NCBI GenBank assembly: GCA_963727305.1
Contig: CAVSFM010000004.1
Location: forward strand, 6,385 to 70,384
Length of the DNA stretch: 64,000 nt
Direction: 5' to 3'
Source: an uncultured Pseudomonadota bacterium
GTDB taxonomy: Bacteria > Pseudomonadota > Gammaproteobacteria > Steroidobacterales > Steroidobacteraceae
In this document: positions 19,074 to 33,188 of the stretch, one piece after another
Layout: each line of letters opens with the position of its first letter
Position numbering within the stretch: position 1 is the first letter of the stretch
Notes under the pieces: model-generated
The model's input: only the letters and a program-made list of their open reading frames with translations
Database searches by the model: none
Told to the model about the DNA's origin: nothing
Position numbers and translations under genes: made by a program

Positions 19074-21197
19074 ATGGAAACGACCCTCCCCTGCCCGCCC
19101 GCCATCCGCGCTGCCCTCGCCGCTGCGCGCACGCGCCTGGAAGCGCAGGGCGCGGGGAGCGAACTGGCGCAGGCCGCGGAGGCCGCCGGCATCATCGGCG
19201 GCCTCACCGAGAACATCGAGCTCGCGGAGGCGCTGCTCGCGCACGCCGCGCTCACGACCGGGTCGCTCACCAGCGAGCAGTGCTCGGCTGCCCTCGGGGC
19301 CTCATCGGCGCAGATCACCGCGGCGCTGGTGCGGCTGGGGAACCTCGGCCTGCCACGCGACTGGTCTCCCGCGCGCGGACTCGATACCCGCCAGACGCAG
19401 ACGCTGCGCAAGATGCTGCTCGCCGTGGTCAGCGACCCGCGCCTGATTCTGGCCCGCCTCGCCGAGGAGCTCGTGGCGCTGCGCCATGCCCGCCAGCTCA
19501 GTGCCGCGGAGCGCGCGCGCCGCGCCCTGGAGGCGCGCGCCATCTATGCGCCGCTGGCCAACCGCCTGGGCGTGTGGCAGCTGAAATGGGAGCTCGAGGA
19601 CCTCGCGTTCCGCTATCTGGAGGCGGACGAATACCGCCGGGTCGCCGCCGCGCTGAACGAACGCCGCGCCGACCGCGAGCGCTACATCGAGCTGGTGTGC
19701 GAGGAGCTGCGCGCGCTGCTGCAGGCGGCCGGCGTCAGCGCCGAGGTTTACGGGCGACCGAAGCACATCTACAGCATCTACCGCAAGATGCAGCGCAAGC
19801 AGCTCGATTTCTCGCAGCTGTTCGACGTGCGCGCGGTGCGCGTGGTGGTGGACTCGATACCGCAGTGCTACGCCGCGCTCGGGGTGGTGCATGGTCGCTG
19901 GCCCTACATCCCGGGCGAGTTCGACGATTACATCGCCACGCCCAAGGGCAACGGCTATCGCTCGATCCACACCGCCGTCATCGGTCCGCAATCACGCAGC
20001 GTCGAGGTGCAGATCCGTACCCGCGAGATGCACGAGCACGCCGAGCTCGGCGTCGCCGCACACTGGACCTACAAGGAAGGCGGCCCGCGCGATGCGCAGT
20101 ACCAGCGCAAGATCGAGTGGGTGCGCCGGTTGCTTGAGCCCGGCGATGCCGGCGGCACCGATGCCGACCGCGATCTCATCGAGGGCATGCGCGTCGAGCT
20201 GTTCGAGGACCGGGTGTACGTGCTCACGCCCAAGGGCGAGGTGATCGACCTGGTGCGCGGGGCGACCCCGCTTGATTTTGCCTACCAGGTGCATACCTCG
20301 CTCGGTCACCGCTGTCGCGGCGCCAAGGTCAACGGACGCATCGTGCCGCTCACCTACCCGCTGGTGAACGGCGAGATCGTCGAGATCATCACCGCCAAGC
20401 AGGAAGCCCCGAGCCGTGACTGGCTCGCCCCCGAGCAGGGCTACCTCGTCTCGGCCCGCAACCGCAGCAAGGTGCGCGCCTGGTTCCGCAAGCAGGACGC
20501 CGGGGACAACCGCAGCGCCGGCCGCGAGATCGCAGAGCGGGAGCTCGCGCGCATCGGGGTCAGGCCCGAGCAGTTCGCCGCGCTCGCCCAGGAGCTCAAG
20601 GCGCGTGACACGGAGCGCCTGTACGAGCTCGTCGGCGAGGGCGAACTCACCGTCACGCAGCTGCTGCAGGCGGCGGGCCGATTGTTTGAGCCGCCGCCAC
20701 GCACGCTGGTACGTGCGGCCCGGGCGCCGGTCAAGCGCCGGCGCGGCTCACCGGTGGAAATCGAGGGCGTCGGCGATCTGCCGATTACGCTCGCGCGCTG
20801 CTGCGCACCGCTGCGCCCGCAGCCGATCACCGGCTACGTCACCCTCGGGCGCGGGGTCACCGTGCACCGCAGTGACTGCGCGAGCCTTGCACGCATGGGG
20901 GCACTCAAGCCCGAGCGGCTGCTGAAGGTGGAATGGGCGAACGCCGCGGACCAGCAGGGGTTGAACGTGGTGCTCGCCATCAGCGCCTATGACCGTCGCG
21001 GGCTGCTGCGCGACCTCACCGAGGTACTGGCGCTCGAGCGACTGTCGATCGATGCGGCCAGCACGCGCACCGACCACGACACCGCACTGGCGCACTTTGC
21101 GCTCACCGTGGCGGTGCGCGACCTCGAGCAGCTGGCGCGCGTGCTGCGCCGCCTCGGTGCCGTAGCCAACGTGATCGAGGCGCGCCGGCGGCGCTAG
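19074..21197 (+). CDS. relA: GTP pyrophosphokinase RelA ((p)ppGpp synthetase I)
   Basis: ATG at 19074 (METTLPC...) in the frame of ORF 19005..21197. Synthetase core GRPKHIYSIYRKMQRK...DVRAVRVVV...YIATPKGNGYRSIHTAV...VEVQIRTREMHEHAELGVAAHW, plus TGS and ACT regions. The N-terminal HD region is degenerate, as in RelA rather than SpoT. Confidence 0.92.
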   Translation: METTLPCPPAIRAALAAARTRLEAQGAGSELAQAAEAAGIIGGLTENIELAEALLAHAALTTGSLTSEQCSAALGASSAQITAALVRLGNLGLPRDWSPARGLDTRQTQTLRKMLLAVVSDPRLILARLAEELVALRHARQLSAAERARRALEARAIYAPLANRLGVWQLKWELEDLAFRYLEADEYRRVAAALNERRADRERYIELVCEELRALLQAAGVSAEVYGRPKHIYSIYRKMQRKQLDFSQLFDVRAVRVVVDSIPQCYAALGVVHGRWPYIPGEFDDYIATPKGNGYRSIHTAVIGPQSRSVEVQIRTREMHEHAELGVAAHWTYKEGGPRDAQYQRKIEWVRRLLEPGDAGGTDADRDLIEGMRVELFEDRVYVLTPKGEVIDLVRGATPLDFAYQVHTSLGHRCRGAKVNGRIVPLTYPLVNGEIVEIITAKQEAPSRDWLAPEQGYLVSARNRSKVRAWFRKQDAGDNRSAGREIAERELARIGVRPEQFAALAQELKARDTERLYELVGEGELTVTQLLQAAGRLFEPPPRTLVRAARAPVKRRRGSPVEIEGVGDLPITLARCCAPLRPQPITGYVTLGRGVTVHRSDCASLARMGALKPERLLKVEWANAADQQGLNVVLAISAYDRRGLLRDLTEVLALERLSIDAASTRTDHDTALAHFALTVAVRDLEQLARVLRRLGAVANVIEARRRR

Positions 21198-22648
21198 CGA
21201 TTGAGTGAATCGATCGAGCGCTTGTCGGCGTTGAGGGCCGCCTCGTGCACCGCTTCCGCAAGCGTCGGGTGCGCGTGGATGGTGCGTTGCAGGTCCTCGC
21301 TGCTGGCCGAGTACTCCATCGCCAGGACCGCCTCGGCGATCAGTTCGCCGGCGAGCGCACCAATGATGTGCACCCCGAGGATCTCATCATCGTCACGCGC
21401 CGCGACGAGCTTGGCGAAGCCGCCGGACTGTTCCAGGGCGCGCGCGCGTCCGCTGGCCAGAAACGGAAACACCCCGACCTTGTAGTCGCGGCCGCTCGCC
21501 TTCACCTGCTCCTCGGTGAGTCCCACCCAGGCGATCTCGGGGGCGGTGTAGATGACCGAGGGGATGACCTTGTAGTTCATCTCCCCGAAACGGCCGGCGA
21601 TCAGGTCGGCGACCATGACGCCCTCTTCCTTGCCCTTGTGCGCCAGCATCGGTCCGCGCACGCAGTCCCCGACCGCCCAGACGCCCTCGGCGCCGGTGCG
21701 ACAGTGCTCATCCACCTGGATGAAGCCGCGCTCATCGAGCTCAACCCCCGTGCCCGAGGCCAAGAGGTCCTTGGTGTACGCGCGGCGGCCGATGGCGACC
21801 ACCACGCGATCGACCGTGAGACGCTGCTCGCCCTTGGCGTCGCTGTAAATGACCTCCACTGCCGCGCCCGCGGGCGCAGCGCCGGTTACCTTGGCGCCCA
21901 GGCGAATGTCCAGTCCCTGCTTCTTGAATTGCCGCAGCGCTTCCTTCGCGACCTGCTGATCGGCAATGGTCAGAAACTCCGGCAGCGCCTCGAGCATCAC
22001 CACCTGCGAACCCAGGCGTCGCCACACGCTGCCGAGCTCCAGGCCGATGACGCCGGCGCCGATGACGGCCAGGCGCTTGGGCACGGTCTCGAAGTCGAGC
22101 GCCCCCCAGGAATCCACGATCTCGGGCGCCTTGAACGGGGCGCTGCGCAGTTCGATCGGCGTGGAACCGGGGGCGAGAATCACCTGCCGGCCGCTGAGCG
22201 TGCGGCGCGTGCCATCGTGGGCCGTGAATTCCACCTGCCGTCCCGCGAGCAGCCGTCCGTGTCCCTGCAGCGGGGTGACGCCGGCGGCCTTAAAGAGCGC
22301 GAGGATCCCCTGCGTCATGGCGCGCACGATGCCCGCCTTGCGCTTCTGCATCTGCGCAAGGTCAAGCGTCGCCGAGGCCACCTTGATGCCGTGGACGGCG
22401 AACTCCTCCTGCACGCGGTGATACAGCTCGCTGGACTCGAGCAGCGCCTTGGAGGGAATGCACCCGGCATTCAGGCAGGTGCCGCCAAAGGCGGCCGTGC
22501 CGTCGCGGTTCTTCCACTCATCGATGCAGGCCACCGTGAGGCCGTTCTGCGCGGCGCGGATGGCGGCCGGGTAGCCCGCCGGGCCGCCGCCGATCACGAT
22601 GACGTCGAACTGCTCAGCCGAAGCCGGCGATTTACTCTCATTAGGCAT
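21194..22648 (-). CDS. lpdA: Dihydrolipoyl dehydrogenase (E3)
   Basis: ATG at 22648 (MPNESKSPASAEQFDVIVIGGGPAGYPAAIRAAQ). Redox-active GGTCLNAGCIPSK and C-terminal HAHPTLAEAVHEAAL. Confidence 0.95.
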   Translation of the reverse strand: MPNESKSPASAEQFDVIVIGGGPAGYPAAIRAAQNGLTVACIDEWKNRDGTAAFGGTCLNAGCIPSKALLESSELYHRVQEEFAVHGIKVASATLDLAQMQKRKAGIVRAMTQGILALFKAAGVTPLQGHGRLLAGRQVEFTAHDGTRRTLSGRQVILAPGSTPIELRSAPFKAPEIVDSWGALDFETVPKRLAVIGAGVIGLELGSVWRRLGSQVVMLEALPEFLTIADQQVAKEALRQFKKQGLDIRLGAKVTGAAPAGAAVEVIYSDAKGEQRLTVDRVVVAIGRRAYTKDLLASGTGVELDERGFIQVDEHCRTGAEGVWAVGDCVRGPMLAHKGKEEGVMVADLIAGRFGEMNYKVIPSVIYTAPEIAWVGLTEEQVKASGRDYKVGVFPFLASGRARALEQSGGFAKLVAARDDDEILGVHIIGALAGELIAEAVLAMEYSASSEDLQRTIHAHPTLAEAVHEAALNADKRSIDSLNR

Positions 22649-22896
22649 CGCTTGAGTACCGAAATCTCGGGGCTCGGGACAGTAACACAAGAAATAAGCG
22701 GAAACGGAAGCCGCGCCGGAGGGCCCGGATTAACCCACGGGCTCGGCAGCGCCCAACGCATGCGGCTTAAGACCTCGTCGTCGCCTGGGTGCTGACGCTG
22801 CCCGCTGCGATCATCCTCTCGGGCACGCTCTACTGGATCTTCCGGCACGTCTTTTAGACGGCAGACCGGGCCGCGGCGCGCGGGCGCGTCCGGGGG

Positions 22897-24120
22897 TCAG
22901 ATACCGAGCAGCATGCGGCCCGGGTCCTCGAGCGCATCCTTGATGGCAACGAGGAACTGCACCGCCTCGCGCCCGTCGATGATGCGGTGATCGTAGGTCA
23001 CCGCCAGGTACATCATCGGGCGCACCGCGACCTGCCCGTCGACCACCATCGGACGCTCCTGGATCTTGTGCATGCCGAGGATGGCGCTCTGCGGCGCATT
23101 CACGATCGGCGTCGACATGAGTGAGCCGAACACCCCGCCGTTGGTGACGGTGAACGTGCCGCCGGTCAGGTCCTCGATGGCGAGCGTGCCGTCGCGCGCC
23201 TTCTTCGCGAAGTCGCCCACTTCCTTCTCGATGGCCGCGAAGCTCTTGGCGTCCGCATCCCGCACGATCGGCACGATCAGCCCGCGGTCGGTGGAGACCG
23301 CGACGCCGATGTCGTAATACTCGTGGTAGATGATGTCGTTCCCGTCGACCGAGGCGTTCAGGACCGGGTAGCGCTTGAGCGCCTCGATCGCCGCCTTGAC
23401 GAAGAAGGACATGAAGCCGAGCTTGACGCCGTGTTCCTTCTCGAAGCGCTCCTTGTAGCGCGCACGCAGTTCCTGGATCGCCGACAGGTCGACTTCATTG
23501 AAGGTGGTGAGCAGCGCCTGCGAGGACTGCGCCTCGAGCAGCCGCTGCGCGATGCGCGCGCGCAGGCGCGTCATCGGCACGCGCTGCTCGGCGCGCGCGC
23601 CGCCGGGGGCGGCACGTGCGGCGACCGGGCGGGGCCGCCGCTGCCGGTGCTGGCGTCGCGGCAGGCTGCTTCCCCAGATAGTCGACGACATCCGATTTGG
23701 TCAGCCGCCCGTCGCGCCCCGAGGCCGGAATGCTCGCCGGGTTCAGCCGGTTCTCTTCCACCAGGCGCCGGACCGACGGACTTAAGCGCCCCTGGTCCTT
23801 GCCGTCCGCGGGCGGCGTGGCCCTGGGCGCCACCTTGGGCGCCACCGGCGCGGCTGCGCCGGCGGCGGCCTGCGCCGGGGCCGCCGCGCCTTCCTCGATG
23901 ATCGCCAGCACCTGGCCGCTGGTCACGACCGCGCCGCTTTGCACCCGGATCTCGCGCACCACGCCGTTGGCCGGCGCCGGGACCTCCAGCACCACCTTGT
24001 CGGTCTCGAGGTCGGCGAGGTTCTCATCACGGGCGATCGGATCGCCGGGCTGCTTGTGCCAGGCCACCAGGGTCGCGTCCGCGACCGATTCGGGCAGCTG
24101 CGGGACACGGATCTCGGTGC

Positions 24121-24124
<4 letters not shown>
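22897..24124 (-). CDS. sucB: Dihydrolipoyllysine-residue succinyltransferase (2-oxoglutarate dehydrogenase E2); apparent frameshift near 23630 in the Ala/Pro linker
   Basis: The lipoyl domain ([16 protein letters not shown]) and E3-binding domain ([16 protein letters not shown]) are in ORF 23495..24124. The catalytic domain ([15 protein letters not shown]...[13 protein letters not shown]) is in ORF 22897..23691 in another frame. The junction lies in GC-rich linker DNA containing short G runs. Confidence 0.88.
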
Positions 24125-26995
<2,871 letters not shown>

Positions 26996-27031
26996 TGCGG
27001 GAAAAAAGCGCTGGCAGGCCAATAGTTTAGC

Positions 27032-27066
27032 GAAAAAGCGCGCGCGGCGGAAAAACCGCCGGCGCC
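27032..27066 (-). terminator. Possible rho-independent terminator downstream of the DUF5658 gene
   Basis: On the minus strand, a CGGCGG-TTTTT-CCGCCG hairpin (27045-27061) is extendable with one bulge and is followed by ...GCGCTTTTTCG. Confidence 0.4.
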
Positions 27067-27073
27067 CCGGGAC

Positions 27074-27610
27074 TTAGATGAGGTCGAGGAGGCTGATTTC
27101 GTAGGTGATGAGCGCGCCGTAAATCCCGAGTACCAGATACAGGAACACCCCCACGGGGATGCTGCCGAAGGCGCGCAGCCGCGCCAGCTGCGTCAGCAGC
27201 AGCACCCCGCCGGCGGTCAGCACCACCTTCACCAGCGCGAACGTGAGGGCGGAATGCCCCACCAGGGGGGCCATGAGCGGGTTCGCCTCCACCGCAATGC
27301 CGCGCTCGACGAGTACCAGCGTCAGGAGCGCATCGGTGCAGGAGCCGATGACGATCAGCATCGAAACCGCGAGCCACTGCGGATGGTGCCAGTCCACGGC
27401 GCTGACGCCGCGCTCATCGGCGCGCCGCGGTCCGCGACGGCGGGGACGCAGGCTCCCATGGAAGAGCGCGCGCAGCACACTGGAGCGGCGCTCGGTGAGT
27501 CGGCGTTCCGGAAGTCCCGCCCGGGCACGGGGGGATTTCGGGCCTTGTGCATCCATGGACACCGGCGCTCTTCTTTTTCGGTACCGCCGGGCGGGCGGCT
27601 TCCGGACCAT
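27074..27610 (-). CDS. DUF5658-like small membrane protein with an Arg-rich N-terminal tail
   Basis: The C-terminal ~100 aa form 3-4 hydrophobic helices containing VEANPLMAPL, the motif I associate with DUF5658. The N-terminal ~75 aa are highly basic (RRYRKRR, RPRRRGPRR). The start codon is uncertain. Confidence 0.5.
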   Translation of the reverse strand: MVRKPPARRYRKRRAPVSMDAQGPKSPRARAGLPERRLTERRSSVLRALFHGSLRPRRRGPRRADERGVSAVDWHHPQWLAVSMLIVIGSCTDALLTLVLVERGIAVEANPLMAPLVGHSALTFALVKVVLTAGGVLLLTQLARLRAFGSIPVGVFLYLVLGIYGALITYEISLLDLI

Positions 27611-27733
27611 TGTAGCGGTGCCTCACGCGACCGCCGTCGCGGCAAACGTGACGCAGTTCACAGTCGGCCCGGAGCGGCCCACGATTCAACTTATGACGTA
27701 CGCCGGCCTACTCATATATATGATGCCCGGCGC

Positions 27734-29107
27734 ATGTCCCTCGTAAGCGAGTCGCACGCCCTGCCCGACGGGCTGCCCCCGCCGCGTCGCTACTGGGCCA
27801 TCGCGGCGATCATCCTGGCGCTCGCGATGTCAGTGCTCGACAGCACGATCGTCAACATCGCGCTGCCCTCGATCACCCGCGATTTTGCCGTCACGCCTGC
27901 GGCCTCGATCTGGGTGGTCAACGCCTATCAGCTGGCGATCCTCATCCTGCTGCTGCCGCTCGCCTCCCTCGGGGAGATTGTCGGCTACCGGCGAGTCTCC
28001 CAGTCCGGCCTGGCCCTGTTCACCCTCGCCTCGCTCGCCTGCGCGCTCGCCCCGACGCTGCTCACGCTGAGCATCGCACGCGTGATTCAGGGAATCGGCG
28101 CCGCCGGCATCATGAGCGTGAACGCTGCGCTGGTGCGCTTCACCTATCCACAGCGCTCCCTGGGACGGGCCATCGGGATCAACGCCTTCGCGGTCGCGGT
28201 CTCCGCGGCGCTCGGCCCCACCATTGCCTCGGCCGTCCTGGCCGTGGCGCACTGGCGCTGGCTCTTCGGCATCAACGTGCCGATCGGCCTGGTGACGCTC
28301 CTGATCGCGCTGCGGGCGCTGCCGGAGTCGGAGCGCTCGCACCGGCCATTGAATTACGTGGGGGCCCTCCTGTACGCCGGAGCCTTCGGGCTCACGCTGA
28401 GCGGCCTGCAGGCGCTGGCGCATCACGCGGCCACGCCACTCGCACTGGCACAGATCGGCGTCGGGATCCTGCTCGGCTGGCTCCTCACGCACCACGAGCG
28501 CAGCCGCAGCGCCCCGCTGCTGCCGTTCGATCTGCTGGCGCGCCCGATCTTCACGCTCTCGATCGCAACCTCGGTCTGCAGCTTCATGGCGCAGATGAGT
28601 GCGCTGGTGTCGCTCCCGTTCGAGATCCAGCGTCTGGGTCACAGTGTCGTGGCCACGGGGCTCTTCATGACGCCCTGGCCCGTGGCGCTGGCGCTGGCGG
28701 CCCCGCTCGCCGGGCGGCTGGCGGACCGTTATCCGGCCGGGATCCTCGGCGGCTTCGGCCTGCTGCTGCTGACGATCGGTCTGCTGCTGCTGGCCCGCTT
28801 CCCGGCCGGGGGCAGCGGCTTCGGCTTCGTGTGGCGCATGGCACTGTGCGGGCTGGGATTCGGATTTTTCCAGTCGCCCAACAACCGCACTATCATGGCC
28901 TCCGCGCCGCGGGCGCGCAGCGGTGCGGCCGGAGGCATGCTGGGTACGGCGCGCCTGGCCGGCCAGACCCTGGGCGCGGCGAGTGTGGCGATCCTGTTTC
29001 GCGCCTATGGCGCCGCGGGCTCGAACTTTGCGCTGTACCTGGCGGCGCTGCTCGCCTTGGCCGGCGCCGGCATCAGTTTCGGGCGGCTGAAGCACGTGCC
29101 ACCCTGA
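27734..29107 (+). CDS. MFS transporter (drug:H+ antiporter-like)
   Basis: ATG at 27734 ([13 protein letters not shown]...) in the frame of ORF 27254..29107. [18 protein letters not shown] and [10 protein letters not shown] are typical of MFS motif regions. Multiple TM segments. Confidence 0.85.
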   Translation: MSLVSESHALPDGLPPPRRYWAIAAIILALAMSVLDSTIVNIALPSITRDFAVTPAASIWVVNAYQLAILILLLPLASLGEIVGYRRVSQSGLALFTLASLACALAPTLLTLSIARVIQGIGAAGIMSVNAALVRFTYPQRSLGRAIGINAFAVAVSAALGPTIASAVLAVAHWRWLFGINVPIGLVTLLIALRALPESERSHRPLNYVGALLYAGAFGLTLSGLQALAHHAATPLALAQIGVGILLGWLLTHHERSRSAPLLPFDLLARPIFTLSIATSVCSFMAQMSALVSLPFEIQRLGHSVVATGLFMTPWPVALALAAPLAGRLADRYPAGILGGFGLLLLTIGLLLLARFPAGGSGFGFVWRMALCGLGFGFFQSPNNRTIMASAPRARSGAAGGMLGTARLAGQTLGAASVAILFRAYGAAGSNFALYLAALLALAGAGISFGRLKHVPP

Positions 29108-29121
29108 CAGGAGCGTCCCGT

Positions 29122-29610
29122 ATGAGTAGCAACACAGCAGGCGCACCGGCCCCGGTGAAACCACCCTTCACGCTGGCGTCGGCCACCACCAAGGTGCGCA
29201 TGGCCGAGGACGCCTGGAACAGCCGTGACCCGGAGCGGGTCGCGCTCGCCTACAGCGAGGACAGCCAGTGGCGCAACCGCGCCGAGTTCCTGCAGGGGCG
29301 TGTGGCCATCCGCGAGTTTCTGCGGCGCAAATGGGCGCGCGAACTCGACTACCGGCTGATCAAGGAGATCTGGGCGTTCGGGGATGAGCGCATCGCCGTG
29401 CGCTTCGCGTACGAGTGGCACGATGACTCGGGCCACTGGTTCCGCTCGTACGGCAACGAGAACTGGGAATTCGATGCGGCCGGACTCATGCGCCGGCGGC
29501 ACGCCTCGATCAACGACCTGCCGATCAGCGAGGGCGAGCGCAAGTACCACTGGAGCGCACCGGGGGCGCGACCCGCCGGCCATCCGGGCTTGAGCGAGCT
29601 CGGCCTCTAG
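29122..29610 (+). CDS. DUF1348-family (NTF2/SnoaL-like fold) protein
   Basis: ATG at 29122 preceded by [39 protein letters not shown]...[29 protein letters not shown] is a near-textbook DUF1348 sequence. Confidence 0.8.
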   Translation: MSSNTAGAPAPVKPPFTLASATTKVRMAEDAWNSRDPERVALAYSEDSQWRNRAEFLQGRVAIREFLRRKWARELDYRLIKEIWAFGDERIAVRFAYEWHDDSGHWFRSYGNENWEFDAAGLMRRRHASINDLPISEGERKYHWSAPGARPAGHPGLSELGL

Positions 29611-29637
29611 GCCAGGGGCCGACCGCGCGCCTGGCGC

Positions 29638-30489
29638 TTAGCCGAGCGCGCTCTTGAACAGCACCAGCAGGCGCGCCCAGGCGTGCTCGGCCTGCTCGGG
29701 GTTGTAGACCTGGGAGTCCGGCGGACACCAGCCATGCATGGTGCCGGGATACACCTCGATTTCCGCCGGCAGGTGTGCGGCGGCGAACGCCGTGCGCAGC
29801 ACGTTCTTGGTCTCCGGCTCCTTCTGGTCATCGTTGGCGGCGATCGCGAACAGGTAATGCGCCTTGAGCTTCGGGATGAGCAGGTGCGGACTGTCGGGCT
29901 TGTCCGTGACCAGACCCCCGCCGTGAAACGAAGCGCCCGCGCCCACGCGCGCCGCAACCGCAGCGGCTGTGCGCACGGTCAGCGGACCGCCCATGCAGTA
30001 GCCGGTCGTGCCGACCTTCTTTTTCTTGTCCACCGCCGCCTGTGCGTCGAGCCACGCCACGAACGCTTTGGCGTCCGTGAACGCAGTCTCCTGGGTGAGT
30101 GAGCCCATGAGCGCCATGAGGGCCGAACGCGTCGCCGCGTCGTTGAAGTCCGGGTGCTCCGGCGCCGTCGGCGCCTTCTTCTGCCGGTAGAAGGGATTGA
30201 CCACCAGCACCGCATAGCCGGATTCCGCCAGGCGACGGCCCATCTGACGAAACGCCGGACGCAGTCCGAAGATGTCCGGCCAGATGAGTACGCCCGGGTG
30301 CGTCCCCTGGGCCGGATACACGAAGTAGGCGTCCGCGGTGCCGTCAGGCGTCTTGACCTCGACCTCGGCTTCGATCACCTCGACCGCCGCCGCCACCGCG
30401 GGCAGCAGCGAGAGCACGCCGGCGCCGACGGCCAGGGCACCAAACTGCCGTCGCGACAGCGCGCCGGACTTCAGCTGGTACTCGGTCAT
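29638..30489 (-). CDS. Dienelactone hydrolase family protein with a Tat-type signal
   Basis: ATG at 30489 (MTEYQLKSGALSRRQFGALAVGAGV...). The alpha/beta-hydrolase nucleophile elbow is TGYCMGG. Also IWPDIFGL and FHGG motifs. Confidence 0.8.
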   Translation of the reverse strand: MTEYQLKSGALSRRQFGALAVGAGVLSLLPAVAAAVEVIEAEVEVKTPDGTADAYFVYPAQGTHPGVLIWPDIFGLRPAFRQMGRRLAESGYAVLVVNPFYRQKKAPTAPEHPDFNDAATRSALMALMGSLTQETAFTDAKAFVAWLDAQAAVDKKKKVGTTGYCMGGPLTVRTAAAVAARVGAGASFHGGGLVTDKPDSPHLLIPKLKAHYLFAIAANDDQKEPETKNVLRTAFAAAHLPAEIEVYPGTMHGWCPPDSQVYNPEQAEHAWARLLVLFKSALG

Positions 30490-30793
30490 TGCATCAAACG
30501 CGTCCTGATCACACACGGTGGCCTCCAGTCGGGTGTCGGGAAGGTGCACGCAGCTCCTGCGGCTGCCGCGCGGCATGTTGCCCTGCCCGCCGCAAGCCCC
30601 GCAAGGGAAGCGCGCCGGCGCGCTCCCCTGGCGACGCCGGGCGGCACGGCCGCATTTGTGACTCGTTTGGAACCGATGCCGCACCATGCGGTGACCGCGC
30701 AATGCCTAGACTTCCTGCAAGGCAACATCCCATGAGCAGGAGGTCGGTGATGTCCGGGAGCTGGAAACGAGCGGTGCGCGCGCGAGGGTCCCG

Positions 30794-32235
30794 TTGAGCT
30801 CGGCGGAGCACACCATCGCCATCGTTGGCACGGGCTTCTGTGGCACCGTGCTCGCCCGGGAACTCCTGCGCCGCGCACCGGATCGGCCGCTGCGGGTACT
30901 GCTCGTCGGCCGGGAAGCGCCGGGCCGTGGCATCGCCTACGCCGGCATCGCCACCCCTACCTGCTCAACGTACCCGCCGGCCGCATGTCGGCGAGTACGG
31001 CGGATCCTGAGGAGTTTGTGCGCTTTGCCCGCACGGTGCGCCCGCAGGCAACGGGCGACGATTACCTGCCGCGCGCACTGTACGGCGACTATCTCGAGGC
31101 CACCCTCGCTCACGCCGCACGGCGGTGCGCGCCGCAGGTCCGGCTCGAGTGCGTCCGCGCGGACGTGATCGCCCTGGATGGAATGCGCCGCAGTTCACCT
31201 GTGCGGCTGCACTTGGGCGATGGCGCGCAGCTGCAGGCCGATAGCGTGGTGCTGGCATTGGGGAACCCGCCCCCCGCACCGCTCCCCGGGACGCAATCGT
31301 TAGGCGACTGTTCGCGCTACATCGCGGACCCCTGGGCGACGGAGCCCACCGTGCGCGCGGGAGAAACGGTGCTGCTCATCGGGAGCGGCCTGACGATGGC
31401 CGACGTGGTGCTCGCCGGCAGCGCCACCGGCCGCCGCGCACCCACGTTTCATGCGCTCTCGCGTCGCGGCCTGCTGCCGGCGCAGCAGACACGATTGCCG
31501 CCCTGCGCCGCGAAGGAAGATCGACGGGCGCTGTTGCTGGCGGCCTCCGGGTCGCTGCGGCAGCTGTGGCGCACGGTGCGGGCGCTGTCACAGGAACTTG
31601 ACGCGCAGGGCGGCGACTGGCGCGAAGCGGTGGCGCTGGCGCGCGCGCTGGCGCCGCGCCTGTGGCAGCGGCTCGGCGCACCCGAGCGCCGGCGCTTCCT
31701 GCGGCACGTGCGTCCCTACTGGGACCTGCACCGGCATCGGCTGCCCGAGAGCAGCGCGGCGGCGCTGCGTGAGCTGCGGCGCGCGGGGCATCTGCAGGTC
31801 CACGCCGGCAGGCTGCTCAGCCTCGAGCGCGCCGGGCGCCAGATCCGCGCGCTGTGGCAGCCTCGATCCCGGGTGGCCCCGCAGATGCTCCTGGTCGATC
31901 GGGTGATCAACTGCACCGGACCGGACTACGACCCGCGGCGCACCGCCGACCGGCTGCTGCGCTCGCTGATCGCGCAGGGCGTGGCGGTTCCGGATCCGCT
32001 CGGCCTGGGACTCGCCACCGGTGCGCACGGTGCCCTCATGAGCGCCAGCGGCAGCGCGGCCGATCGGATTTTCTATCTCGGCCCGCTGCTGCGTGCCACG
32101 CACTGGGAAACCACGGCGGTCGCGGAACTGCGCGAACATGCCGAACAGCTGGCGCAGCGCCTGCTGCCGGTACCGTGCGCGCAGCGCATACACGCGGCGC
32201 CCCCGCGCCTCGGCGTTGAGCGACTGCGCGCGTAA
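30794..32235 (+). CDS. FAD/NAD(P)-binding protein (FAD-NAD(P)-binding domain family); apparent frameshift near 30950
   Basis: The Rossmann N-terminus IAIVGTGFCGTVLA...GRGIAY is in ORF 30794..31168. The family motif HPYLLNVPAGRMSA and the rest of the protein are in ORF 30985..32235. Restoring one C in a C-run at about 30951 joins them as AGIAHPYLLNVPAGRMS. Confidence 0.7.
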
Positions 32236-32576
32236 GAGGCCGTCTCATGCCCTGCGGGCATGCATACAGAAGCAACCGGTGTTGGCGCCGTGCGCGCGGT
32301 TCGCGGTACGGTTTGCGCGGACGTCGTGGCGCGCGAGCCATCCGGGTGAGTTGGATGACCCCCTCGTTCGATTTTCCGTGCGCTCGCGCGCCACGAATGT
32401 CCACCAAGATCACCCCGGCCTCGCTGACACTGCGCCGAAGAGCGCCCTGACGTAACGCGCGCCGTCAGGCGCGCCCCCCAAAGCTCCTGCGGCCCCGTCT
32501 TTCCTGACACCCTGCTCCGCTGCGGCCGAATTGCGTAAGATCGGCCATCGCAGCCGCCTTGCCGTGAGCGCGGCCA

Positions 32577-33188
32577 ATGTTGGGAAATGTAACTATGCCT
32601 GCGGAGCTCAGCGAGTTTCTGCTGCTGGTGAGTGCCGTGCTGGTGCTGGCGGCGTTCTTCGCGCGCCGGCTCATGCGCCGGCGTGAGCGCGCGGCGCTCG
32701 GGAACGTCGCTGCGATCGTCCTCGCCGCGGCGGGCATTGCGCTCGCCGGATGGGTGGGGTGGTTACATTTCGCACCGCCTCTGGCAGCCGTGCCGCCGCC
32801 GCCGAGCGTGGTCGACTCCGCCGCCGAAGCGGCGCCGCTCGCTCACGCGGAGCCGGTGCCGACGGCGATCGCCGCCCTGCAGGAATGTACGCCAGGCACG
32901 CCGCCCGCCGCGGCGCCTGATGGCAGCAAGGCGTCACTCGAGCAGATGGTCGCCGCGCGCACCGCCTTCCAGCAATACGATGCCGCGACCAATACGTTCA
33001 CCCAGTGCGTGGACCAGACGATCGAGCGCGTGATCAAGCAGTTCCCGCAGGCCTCGGCCGCGGACCTGGAAACACTCAATAAGCTGCGCAACGGCGCCCA
33101 CAATACCGCCATCGAGCAGGAACAGGCCTCCGCCGATCAGCTGAACGCGCAGGTGCGCGCCTTCAAGGCGAAGCACCCGGGCCCCTGA
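32577..33188 (+). CDS. Hypothetical membrane-anchored protein (2 TM, Pro/Ala linker, helical C-domain)
   Basis: 203-aa ORF with coding-like composition and two hydrophobic helices. I recognise no family. Confidence 0.45.
   Translation: MLGNVTMPAELSEFLLLVSAVLVLAAFFARRLMRRRERAALGNVAAIVLAAAGIALAGWVGWLHFAPPLAAVPPPPSVVDSAAEAAPLAHAEPVPTAIAALQECTPGTPPAAAPDGSKASLEQMVAARTAFQQYDAATNTFTQCVDQTIERVIKQFPQASAADLETLNKLRNGAHNTAIEQEQASADQLNAQVRAFKAKHPGP

Noticed and set aside
22770-22856. Possible ~22-aa hydrophobic mini-ORF (MLTLPAAIILSGTLYWIFRHVF with a GTG start) on the plus strand between lpdA and sucB
   Set aside because: It is too short, has no ribosome-binding site that I can see, and runs antisense to the operon. 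It cannot be supported from sequence alone.
29611-29637. GCCAGG...CCTGGC inverted repeat between the convergent DUF1348 and dienelactone-hydrolase genes, considered as a bidirectional terminator
   Set aside because: It has only a 6-bp stem with a 13-nt loop and no U-tract on either strand. That is too weak to annotate.
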